Below the pieces are notes generated by a model. It worked only from the letters and a program-made list of their open reading frames with translations. It was not told where the DNA came from and made no database searches. This document shows, piece by piece, positions 37,733 to 48,462 of a stretch of 64,000 nucleotides of DNA. The first letter of the stretch is position 1. Each line of letters starts with the position of its first letter. The translations under genes were made by a program, and so were the position numbers. The DNA is from Camelus ferus (lineage: Eukaryota): the NCBI RefSeq assembly GCF_009834535.1, contig NC_045697.1, positions 70,124,001 to 70,188,000 of the forward strand, read 5' to 3'.

Positions 37733-40000
37733 CCTTCATTCACTTTTCTTTTCTCATTTCAAAAGAGTTTAGTCTTTAATGTGAAGTTTTTTCCCTGAGT
37801 TATGCTATAGTACGGGCCTCCCTCCCTTTCTTCAAGCCAACTTTTGTACAGCCTGCTGCCTCTAACCCTTTGGCAGGAGAGCTGAGGTTAGAAGGACCGT
37901 GTCTAGCTGGAGGTTGGGTGATGCGGTGAGAGGAAGTGTCTGCTCACCTTAGAAGGCACGCCCGCTGGCTAGGTGACCTAGATTTCAGTGGAAGCCAGAA
38001 GTGCAGTCACTGTGAAAGTGTGAGTCCCCAAGTCTTGGGGAGGTCACTGGATTTGCTACAGAATATGGAATAAGGGAGGTTGGAACAAATACTTGTTTAA
38101 TTAAGGGAATGAGTACCCAAAAGGGACTCAGGTCACCCAGAAAACAGTTACACTACTAAGTATAATTGTGCCCTTTCCCTGTGGGACACAAAGGTTCAGG
38201 ACGTGAGAGAGATTAGGTTGAGCTGAGGTCATGGAAAGCCACTGCTACCTGCCTGCATCCACCTCTGAGGGCCTCCTTTGTCACTCCCTGAAATCCAGCT
38301 TTTGCCTCTGTCTGTGTCTGAACCCTAAGTCTGGATAAAGTTCAAATTCCCTTTCATGGGACTCCAGGGCCCCAGAATTATCAGTGATGTTGAGTCACCC
38401 ATGACCCCTAAGAAGGCTTGGTGCCCACGCAGAGGATCTCCAGGGCGGGCCACCAAGTCCTGACACCTGCAGGGAGTCTCAGCTGAGCTGCAGCCGGGAG
38501 ACGCGGGGAGCTCGGGTTCACTTGGCTGCCACCACGCAAGCAGGGAAAGATCCCGGCTTTCCTGCTTCTGGAAGTTCCCCCTTTCTCCCCCTCTGCAGCC
38601 CACTGCCTGCCAGCACACACAGACATTTCAAGGGAACGACTGAGCCTGCCTTTTGTGGAGTGTTGACTGGTGCAAACGTGGAAGGCGGGTGAGGTCACGT
38701 GGTGCCCACTTTGTTGGCTCAGGCTTCCAGTGCTCATCGTTTACCTGGAACACCCAGATCTCTCAGTCTGCAGGCTCTTCCATAGCCTCAAGTTCCCCCG
38801 CCTTTGGAGAGCATCATCTCGGGTGATTCTCAAGGGGGCACATTCCGGGCCTGGGCCCGTCCGAAGACCGGTTGGGAGAAGCCCTGCTCCAGCGCTTGGC
38901 CTTGGCTTTCCAGTGTGGTAACCCCATGCCCCACCCTCCAGGGGCCCCTGGAGCCACTAATTTTTGCTTCTCCATGGCCTTCAGATCCTTAAATCCCCTT
39001 CAGGTCCTCCTTTCTGCTTCTGGTATATTATTGTTTTAAGAGTCACCTGTTTCACCAGCTTGGCCAGGCCCTCTTTTTTAGTTTCTCTGACCCCTTCTTT
39101 TTTTTTCCCTAAAACCCTCTTTTAGTTCCTTATAATTCTGCCCTTCCTTCTGCTTCCTCTCTCCACTTCACCCTCTGGAAAAAAATTCACCTTTATAACA
39201 GTCCCCTTAATATCGACCAAAAAACCCAAACAAAACCCAATTACATTTTAAGGGACACTTTTCTTTATTATCATTAAAATATTGAAAATATCAAAGACTC
39301 CATATTTAGATGGTTAACAGAGAAACCGCAGACTTTTGGGCCAGGAAGGAGCAGTGACAAAAAATCTACTTCACAAGAGTTGCTGTGGCCACATTATGGT
39401 CCCTGTAAACAGGGGCTGCTCTCAGATCGCTTTCCTTGTGAGACTGAGACCCTGGGGAGGATGTCTTCACTGTTCCCAGTTGCTAATGGTGGCTGGGGAT
39501 GAAACGAAATTTCAGTCAATAAAAGCATTTTACTTCAGTAGTTTAATAGTTATCTACATGCCTTATTTTAAATGAAAAAATGAAATACTTTGAAGATTTA
39601 TATTTCCTAAATGGAGCAGGGGGAAGTAAGTGCTTAAAATATATTGTAATTGCAGGAACAAAAATCCTTATTGGGTAGGTATAAAATTGAAGTTTTAGAT
39701 TCAAATCACTTTTACTCATTCAAATCCTTTTGGTAAAGGTCAGAGAGCTTTAGGAGAAAGGGGGACAGAATTAGGAATCCAACCACTTAAAGCTTGATGA
39801 GACAGGTAATGGCTTATGCTTGAATCATTTAATGGTTTGTTTTTTCATGGATCTTCTACAAGTGAGGTGTTGGGAAATAGTGCTTAAATTCGGCTTCTTG
39901 AATAAAGAGCTGAATGTACTTTTATAGATGGGAGGAAAAAGCAGTGGCTCTAATCTCCACTCTGGGTAAAGCCGCAGAGATCCCTAACCAACGTGGTATG

Positions 40001-40015
40001 ACTGCCACCTAGTGG
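40001..40015 (-). promoter_or_regulatory. CTCF core motif
   Basis: Minus strand CCACTAGGTGGCAGT, near-consensus CTCF core, in apparently unique sequence. Confidence 0.6.
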
Positions 40016-40469
40016 TTGCTTATCCTCATCACAGGGTCCTGACGGGGGACGTGGAGGAGAACCTGGTGCGTCCAAGACAGCAGGGCTGATCTGCAGACGG
40101 AAACCACCGGGCGACTAGACTGAAATTGTATTTTCTATCATGTGAGCTCTTACAGCTTCTATTTTAAGGTCTATTTTAAGGAATCTATCTTTATTGATGC
40201 AGTTTCAAAGGGAGTTATGTAAGGACATATCAACTTATGTTTTCACTCTTAGGGAGTTTATCTTTATTCCATGAAGGCTCCAAATGGACAAGTAACATAT
40301 ATCATATACATATATATTATAAATTTATGATGTATATTATAGTCAATATAAATATAGACATATATAAAATATAAATTCCTGTGAATTTAACTCTAGCCCA
40401 GAAAGCACTGCATGATTTTTTAAAAAGCACTGAAGTTTGCTGGGTTTTGTATCACTGGGATCAGTAAGA

Positions 40470-40625
40470 AAGGAACCGTGAGCTAAATGAGATTCACCCA
40501 GCTCCAACAATGACCCACTGCGGGACCCCAGACAAGGACTTTATTATTTTCCGACCCACTGGCCCAATCTGTTAAACAGGGGAGTTGAAGTAGATTCTAA
40601 GATGCTCCCTATGAAATGCTCTGAG
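40470..40625 (+). mobile_element. MIR3-like fragment
   Basis: CCCAGCTCC..CACTGCGGGACCCCAGACAAG and ATCTGTTAAACAGGGGAGTTGAAGTAGAT. Confidence 0.5.
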
Positions 40626-41859
40626 ACCTCTCTTGTTGATTAATTTTCACCCTAAGGTGGACCAAACACTTTGAAATTTTAGCTAAGCTGCTCATTCCCT
40701 CTGCACTCCTCAACAACCCCCCCACCCCACTCCCACACTGTTATGGGTGATTTCAAGGCTGACTTGTTTTTATACCTCGATTCTACCCTAGAGCCTCCCA
40801 GGAAGCTAGAATATCTCAGAAATATCTCAGCTGGCCAGTTGGTCAAATAATTTTTGCTCTTTGCTATTTGTACTTATTAGTTAGTATAACAGTCTTTTCA
40901 AATGCAGTCAGACCACGAAGACAAAAAGGATTAGAAGATCCGTAAGATCTAAAGGTGTGCAACCTGACACGGTTTCATTTTGTTGAGTTAGCAGCTAATT
41001 TTGCAAACTTAAAAACAAAAGCTGGTGTGTTCGAGGTTTCATTTCAGTTCATGCTTTCACTATTCAGAAATCAGTGCCAAGATGATAAAATGTGACCTTT
41101 CCACACAGCTAGTGCAAACAGCACTAACAGCACCTGTCACACTAAACCTCAGATGCAGATGTTTGCCGATTCTTCAGATACTGTGCCTTAACACGGTAAA
41201 ATGAGTGCTGAAGTAAGGGCTTTGCAGAAGGGAGACTAATATCACTTTATCTGTTTGCATGACTTGATTAAAAAAAAAGTCATACTGCAGTTCTAAGAAA
41301 TTAGGAGACACAGAAAACAAAGTGCTCTTCTTCAACCACATGTACATGTGCTTTCTTAAAATTATTACAAACTCTGCTCTAGCTGAAGGCGCGTTGATTC
41401 ACTGTGATAAGAGGTGTTTTGTTCAATGCAGTGGTCCCCGGCTTCAGCATAAAGCATGATGTGTACTATGCGTGGGCAGGATAGCTTCAGTAACCCTGCA
41501 CGATTGTTTCCCAAAAGTCACCATATCTCCAAGATAAAAGGAATCTTCAAAGCGATTTCCTCTAAATAGAAAAATCCTTGTATCGATAGCTACAAAGGCA
41601 GGATAAGGGGTGGAGGGGAGCCACCCAAACCCAAGGAGAGCCAATAAGAATTGAAAAACAGTAACAAACCAGTCTGCTATTGTTATCACCAGATGTCAGC
41701 GATTCCAAACAACCTCAGGGAGGAGATCTCCTCGGGGCAGAGGCAGACCAGCCCCACTCCCCCCTCCCACCCCACCCACCCTTCTCCCTACACTATCTGG
41801 TTTCTGGTTTAATATTACATGACTAAGAACACACTCCTTTCTAATTTTATAAAAATGGG

Positions 41860-42300
41860 CTCTCTACTTCTTATCTCCTAATTATCAAAGTGATATTTAA
41901 TATCTTAGAAGATAAACAAACAATATAAAGAAACATTTAAAAAGTCCGTAATTTCACTATTCACAGCTGCTTCTAGCCTAATGTTTGGCAAATTTCCTGT
42001 GTTTCCTTCCATCAAGTCTTTCTTTAAATGATTGAGGTTATTGTATATTTCTTCTAAAGACTCTTGGAAAACTACATTTTTAAACGCTACATAATAATCC
42101 ACTCCATGGCTGTGCTATACATTTCTTAACTATTTTGTTAATCTTAGGCATTTAAGCTGTTTTCCAGCCTGCCACTCTTACAAGATGATGATTACTGAGT
42201 TGTTATTGTATTCATTTATTTTGGTTACTTTGGTCTATCTGGTTATTAATTTGGTTGAAATTTCTAGAAATGGAATTACTGGGTCAAAGATTAAGCACGT
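41860..42300 (-). mobile_element. Ancient L1ME/L1MC fragment
   Basis: CATTTTTAAACGCTACATAATAATCCA, GGCATTTAAGCTGTTTTCCA and TTTCTAGAAATGGAATTACTGGGTCAAAG. Confidence 0.7.
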
Positions 42301-42324
42301 CTTACACAAACCTTAGAAATTAAA

Positions 42325-42526
42325 TCATATGTGGAATCTAAAAAAAACCCCATAAATACAAAACAGAAACAGACTCACAGACATAGAATACAAATTTGTG
42401 GTTGCCAAGGGGAAGGGGGGTGGGAAGGGATAGACTGGGAGTTCAAAATTTGTAGCTACTGACAGGCATATGCAGAATAGATAAACAAGATTATACTGTA
42501 TAGCACAGGGACATATATACAAGATC
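42325..42526 (+). mobile_element. L1 3'UTR fragment truncated at both ends
   Basis: ATATGTGGAATCTAAAAA..AGACTCACAGACATAGAATACAAATTTGTGGTTGCCAAGGGG..ATACTGTATAGCACAGGG; no poly(A) tail. Confidence 0.9.
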
Positions 42527-43189
42527 AAGTTCTTTGCCCATGTAGATAGTTACCCCTTTGAACTTATTTTTCACTGAAAATCGCATGAAAAAGCACTCAT
42601 TTTCCTAGGGCCGCATGCCCAGCACTGACCAAGACGTGCCTCCTGGAACCACGCACACTAAGCATCTTTTCCTTTCTACAGCCCTTAAGACCCTTAGATG
42701 CAACCATCACAGTCCCCTCTGTGGCTTTTCTTCCAGATTTATCAACTATTCCACCATCCTGGTTGGACACACTTTAGTTCGTTGGAGTCCACTAGACTGG
42801 TGGACAGAAAGTTACAAAAACCAAGCTATGGTCTCACCAGGAGCTTGGGGCAGGGCTGTGACCTTCCTTGGTATTAGTGCCATTTGCTTCTGTTCACGTT
42901 GCCTCGTGTCCCTGATCTTTCCCCCCTATACTATCTCACAGATGTGAGGAAGAAAGCTCCCAAACCCACAACTCTTTTTCAGATGACTTTTCTCAAGCCA
43001 GGTCTCTTCTGTGCTGAAAGGATTGGTTTGAAGGCTCTAAATACATCTTCACCTTCCTGGGAGGTGTGGCGAATACCACTAGTGATCCCCCCAAATCCAT
43101 TCTCCTCTCTTCCCGGGACACAGATGGGTTATACTCCAGATCCTGTCTCAGTTGGGTAAAGCACATGATAAAGTTGTCTTCAGCAGAAT

Positions 43190-43464
43190 GCGAGTGATTA
43201 TGTGCACTTCTTATTGGCCCAGCCCCCAAATCCTCCCTGACCTGCTCCTCCATGCCCACTGGATTTATGAAATGGAGAGAAATTTAGAAATCCACGTGTT
43301 AAAGATGCAAGACCACTATCAGCCTGGCTTGTAAATGACCGTGAGGTGGGGGGTTGCCCTCCATGCTGGACAGTTACATGAGTAAGAATTAAACTTCCTC
43401 TGTGTCAAAGTATTAACTGTTGTGTCTATCTGAAGTAGAAGTTTAGCACAGCCTGAGCAACACA
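43190..43464 (+). mobile_element. MLT1J-like LTR fragment
   Basis: TGTTAAAGATG..CAGCCTGG..AAATGACCGTG and TGGAC..TTACATGAGTAAGAATTAAACTT, ending ACACA. Confidence 0.55.
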
Positions 43465-43506
43465 GGAGAAAACGAAGTATGGTGGAAAGAACCTAGAATG
43501 AAAATA

Positions 43507-43989
43507 TGTGCCAGTCACTCATGTGTTGATCCTCAGCTCCATTTTTCACTTTCTCAGCTCTCCTTATATCACAGGGGGCTGGAAGCCTCCAGACTACATT
43601 TCACTGATTGCCTTGCCAGCATTCTTCCAGAAAGAATTTGCCAACTGAGAGACTAGAAAAAGGAAGGAAAAAATTTTTTTTTTCCTTTCTGCTTTAGGTA
43701 CTGCATCCAGTAGCCATCGTGGCAGTTGTCAGAAGTGGAGGCCAGCTTTCAGCTGCACCAGCAGAAGTGTGTCCTCCTGGGCTCCCCAGGCTGGCCCTGG
43801 GAGTGTCCCCCTCGGTGCATCAGCGGGGGTGGGCCTGTGTGGCCTGGATCAGAAGTTACGTCTTCATGATCTCCCCCGTCTCCCCTTGTACGTCCAACGT
43901 CTGTGTAGCCAATTCCCTGTGTTATAGCCCTCTCTGGATGAAACATCTAGAAGCTTCTCTTTTCCAATCTGGACAATGACTGATGTGCA
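43507..43989 (+). mobile_element. LTR33-like (ERVL) solo LTR inserted in a MIR
   Basis: TGTGCCAGTCA..CCTCAGCTCCA..GGGGCTGGAAGCCTCCAGACTACATTT and GTAGCCAATTCCCTGT..TGACTGATG; MIR pieces at 43477-43506 and 43990-44160. Confidence 0.75.
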
Positions 43990-44984
43990 CAAATTCCCTT
44001 CCTGGTGCATCTAATTACTAACAAGTTCCTTAAGCTTTCTAGCCCCAGTTTTCTCATCTGTTGAAACAGAAGACTAATGAAACCTGCTCTCCTCATTAAC
44101 ATAACATTCATGATCCAAATGAATGTGATTATGGACACTCGCCATATATGTAGATACATTAATATTTTTTTTATGGATCCTGGCTAAGTTTCCTTGTTCT
44201 GCTCACATCTTAATCTTTCTAGAATTTCAGGAGCCCCTTGAATACTTCAAAATCTTGATCCAGTTAAATATTTAAGTTATTTCTTCCTCTGAGAAAGACC
44301 AATATAGCCTGCTGCCAACAGGGAGACCTGCTCCTTTACGACCCAAGGGTGACTGTGTTTCTTATCTAAGGGGCAAGGCTTCAGTTGTTGCAACACTGTC
44401 TATTGACAAATGTCACCAATGAACCAACCAGCCCAGCTTCCTGTAACCATGCAGAACTGACTGAATGCCGGTGGGGGGCTTGGGCGCAGAACGCACGGTG
44501 GACATGAAGGAAGATTGATCGCCACCTCCCAGGTTAATGTTCATGACTTCTACTCACTTCTACTCACTCACTCAGGCCCCTCTTGGAAGAGGCAGGCCCT
44601 CAGCCTTTATCCCTCGCATCCTCCACAGTTATTTCTCGGACTTTCAAGAAGCATTGCCTCATGTGTGCTGAGAACCAAGTCTCCTGCTGTTCTCCTGTTC
44701 TACCCCCTGTGCCAAGGCTCCTGCCAAGGCGATGGAGCTACGCGCTCCGGGAGGGCACTCTCACAGTGCAGGACTCCACCCGCCCTGTTCCCTGAGCTAC
44801 ACTCCCTCTTTCGGGGCAATTTAGTAAAATGGACAGAAGCACATGTGGAGGGCTGGCTTTGGTTCCACTTCAGCTCTCCCTCTAGGGAGATGACTTTGCA
44901 TCCCTGCCCTTAGTGGATTTATGGTATCATTTTTAGGATGCTCTTGGAGTGAGAAAAAAAATGTGCCTGAGGTAAACCAGACTG

Positions 44985-45185
44985 ACTCTTTTGGTGTGTT
45001 GGGTGAGACAGTACTTTGTTGTGTGTGTATGTGTGTGTGTCGAGGGGTGTCCTGTGCACTGTAGGATGTTCAGCAGCACAGTGCATTAGATGCCAGTAGG
45101 CGCCCAAAGCTGTGAAACCAAAAATGTCTCCAGACACTGCCAAATGCTCCTGGGGGGCCAAACTGCTCCCGGTGGAGAACCACTG
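44985..45185 (-). mobile_element. MER20 hAT MITE
   Basis: GTCCTGTGCACTGTAGGATGTTCAGCAGCA and AAAAATGTCTCCAGACACTGCCAAATG..GGTGGAGAACCACTG. Confidence 0.9.
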
Positions 45186-45204
45186 TTTTATGGACTATGG
45201 ACAC

Positions 45205-45778
45205 TGTAATAGGATTTTTCAGAGAAACAGGACCCATAGGGTGTGTACATATAGAGATTTATTATAAGGAATTGATTTTGGAGGCTGGCAAGGATGAAAC
45301 CTGCAGGTGGGCCAGCAGGCTAGAGACCCTGGAAAGCCCATGTTCCATTTTGAGTCTGAAGGCTGTCTGTGCAGAATCAGGAAGAACGATATTACAGATG
45401 AAGCCTGAAGGCACTGCCAGAGAATTCTCTTGCTTCTGGGAGGTTGGTCTTCCTGTTCTTGTCATGCCTTCAACTGATTGGGTGAGGCCCACCCAATTAT
45501 GAAGAGCAATTTGCTTTACTCAAAATCCACCAATTTAAATGTTAATCTTGGGGCGGGGGTCGGGGATGGGTATAGCTCTGTGGTGGAGTGCATGCTTAGC
45601 ATGCAAGAGGTCTTGGGTTCAATCCTCAATAACTCCATTAAATAAATAAGAAAGATAAGTAAATAAATGTTAATCTCATTTTAAAAACACCCTCAGAGAA
45701 ACACCCAGAAAAATGTATGACCAAGTGTCTGAGCATCTCGTGGTCCAGTCAAGTTGACACATAAAATTAACCATCACG
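45205..45778 (-). mobile_element. MLT2 (ERVL) solo LTR interrupted by a SINE
   Basis: Ends CCAGTCAAGTTGACACATAAAATTAACCATCAC (reverse of the MLT2 5' end); AGAGATTTATTATAAGGAATTG; CCTTCAACTGATTGGGTGAGGCCCACCCA. Confidence 0.9.
45549..45663 (+). mobile_element. tRNA-derived SINE (vic-1-like), short-tail form with a G-rich 5' extension
   Basis: GGGTATAGCTCTGTGGTGGAGTGCATGCTTAGCATGC..GGGTTCAATCC; perfect 13-bp TSD TAAATGTTAATCT at 45536-45548 and 45664-45676. Confidence 0.95.
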
Positions 45779-45861
45779 GGTACATAGCTAGGAATAAGAC
45801 ACTGATAGTCACTGCTTCCTGGAGCTCACATTCTAGACAGCGACCCAGAGGATAAAGAAAT

Positions 45862-46260
45862 GTTTCAGTTCTCTGTCACTGGGGAACAAGCCACCCCACA
45901 CTCTGCAGCATAAAGCACCAACCATTGTTTAACGTGCCTGTATTCCTTAGATCCAAAATTCAAACAGAACATTGAGGGGATGACTTGCCTCTGTTCTTCA
46001 GCATCTGGGATTCAGTCGGCAAGACACAAACCACTGGGAGTGACCTAAGAGGCTGGAGGCTGGAGTCATCTGGAGGCTTCTTCAGTCATGTGTCTGGAAC
46101 CTGGTCTGAGATGGCTCGATCTGGTTCCTCTGGGACTGTCAGCCAGAGCGCACACACGACACAGTCCATGTGGCCTGGGCTTCTCCCAGCATGACATCAG
46201 GGTTCCACATGCAGCAGCAGAGAAGAGAGCAGAAATCAAAACACACGCCAGAGATCAAGG
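45862..46260 (-). mobile_element. MLT1G/H-like LTR fragment
   Basis: AACAAGCCACCCCACACT, GGCTGGAGTCATCTGGAGGCTTCTTCAGTCATGTGTCTGG and TCCATGTGGCCTGGGCTTCTC. Confidence 0.75.
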
Positions 46261-46510
46261 TTAGGTCAGCACACCACATGGGTTAGCAGAAGAATAACTG
46301 ACCAAAGTCAGGGGGAAGGACTCCCAAGAGGAATAATGAGAAGACCAGCCTGTGGGGTGGCCGGGTCCCCAGGGACCTGAATTATGTGTGACCAATCCTG
46401 ACCCAGAAGGGCGCAAGGAGGGAGAACAGAGCTCCCTTCTCACCAGCACTCGGGTACCCATCTGCCTAGCTGACATCTCCACTTGGCTATTTTGTATTTC
46501 TCAATGACTA

Positions 46511-46592
46511 ACTTTATGACATATAACCTTTATGACATGTTTACCTTTATGACATGTTTACCTTTATGACATATAACCTTTGTGATACATTT
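46511..46592. repeat. Minisatellite, 5 copies of a 16-17 bp unit (CCTTTATGACAT + ATAA or GTTTA)
   Basis: Units start at 46511, 46527, 46544, 46561 and 46577 (last one degenerate). Confidence 0.95.
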
Positions 46593-47300
46593 CCCACACA
46601 TCTGCGAGCCCACACTATGGGTCCACGGATCTTATTTTTTCAGCATTTTAAATTACCCAGGAAACCATGTTTTCTCTAGGAACGTATTGAGAAAATAAAA
46701 TTCAGCGTGTTTATATCATTCCTTTCCCCTTCGGAGAAAATTCCCTTTATTTCTGTTTCCAGTTTCCTGCCCTTCTGAAGAGAAAGGGGTTAGAATGAAT
46801 TTCACATCTTGAAGTTAGTGAGTTAGAGCCAGATGTGACATTTGAGATTTCTGTAGAGACCAATAAATTAGGAAAAGATTAAAAAAGGGTTTTAAACTAT
46901 ATGGAGTCATTCTTTTGAAAAGTTTCGCATAATACCCACCATTAGAAACTTACTCTTCTAATAAAGAAATTCAAATCTGGACAAAATAGCTCTCCCCGAA
47001 TTATCTTTTTGAGAAGACTGATGATTTGAGTGTGACAGTCATTCTGAGGACGGTCTAACATTTCTTGATGAAAGAAATATTTTTCCAACAAAGAATAAGA
47101 TGTTCTAAAATTGTTAAAAACAGTCTGGTTGTTTGTGTCCATGTCTATGTTCAATACTAGTGTGGAAAGAAGTCAGTTTTATGAATCAGCACCACTGAAA
47201 AGAGAATATTGAAATAAATAAGAAGTGAACTATGTGCTTTAAAAAAATGTATACCTCGTACTTGTTTGGAAGCTGTTTGAAAGTAAAAGTTGCAGTTTCT

Positions 47301-47526
47301 CTTTCTTTAAATGTATTTTTATTGCAGTGTAGTTGATTTACAGTGTTGTTAGTTTCAGGTGTACAGCAAAGTGATTCAATTATATTCTTTTTCAGATTCT
47401 CTTCCATGATAGGTTATTATAAAATATTGAATATAGTTCTCTGTGCTGTACAGTAGGTCTTTGTTGTTTATCTATAGTAGTGTGTATATGTTAATCCCAA
47501 ACTCCTAATTTATCCCTGCTCCTCAA
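47301..47526 (-). mobile_element. Short 5'-truncated L1 3'UTR
   Basis: GTAGTTGATTTACAGTGTTGTTAGTTTCAGGTGTACAGCAAAGTGATTCA; perfect 16-bp TSD AAAAGTTGCAGTTTCT at 47285-47300 and 47527-47542. Confidence 0.95.
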
Positions 47527-48306
47527 AAAAGTTGCAGTTTCTTTAATTAAAAAAATAGCATCTGACTAATCTAATATAAAATATGTTACCAAATATTTTA
47601 CAACTGTCCAGAATTTTGTTGAAACCATCTAGTAATGCTGCAGCAGCTGGTACCACGATAATGCTGAATATAGACTTGAGCAGGAGGGCGGTAGGGATGG
47701 GAGGCATCTTGGGGAACACGGAATAAGTGACAAAAAGAGAGAATGACATCACAGGAGAGGGCAACAGATGGAGTAACAAAATGGGAAGGGGAGGGGGCAG
47801 GAGGATTGAAAAGGGGAAGAGGGATCATCTTAATCAATTCTGCTACTTTCCTGGAGAAAAGGAAAAAAAGGTTAAGCAAAATAAAAACCAGAATTTGCTA
47901 AAACAGGAACGGAATAGATACTAAAACATTGAACAAAAAGCTGTAGAAAGGGAACAGGAAATCTGCCCAGCTGTCCCCCGTCTCTGCCGTGTTCACATTC
48001 AGCACCTCCCTGGCCAGAGCTGGCCTCTGTTGCAAGTGGACACCGTGTTCTTTCTGAACACACTGTTGCCAAAAGAATTTTAAATATTGATGTACAATCA
48101 GTTCTCTGTGTGTTATCAGATCATAGCCTCTCCCAGGCTGTCTCTAGACACTCAGGAATTTCTCCCTGGCGATCAGAGTAAGCCAGGGTCTCCCAAATCA
48201 CTGACCAACAGAGGTCATAGGGAAGGACCTTAAGAAAAGCTAGAATGATGCCAAGTGCAGACCAACCTCTCCTGGAACAGCTCTTTTGTCTTGGTGTCCT
48301 ATAAAG

Positions 48307-48462
48307 CAGTCTCCTCAAACTTCCATGTGCAGTCAATGTGGGGATCTTGTTCAAATGTAGATGCTGGTTTGGAAGTGCTGGGATGAACCGAAACTCTGCA
48401 TCATAATGAGCTCCTAGTGATGCTGAAGCTGCTGGTCCTCAGACAGCCCCGGGAGGAGCAAG
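48307..48462 (-). mobile_element. MER5A/B hAT MITE
   Basis: CAGTCTCCTCAAACTT, GGGGATCTTGTTCAAATGTAGAT and CTCCTAGTGATGCTGAAGCTGCTGGTCC; partial TSD CTATAAAG / TTATAGAG. Confidence 0.75.

Noticed and set aside
46511..46592. CRISPR-like array
   Set aside because: No unique spacers, mammalian context; an ordinary minisatellite
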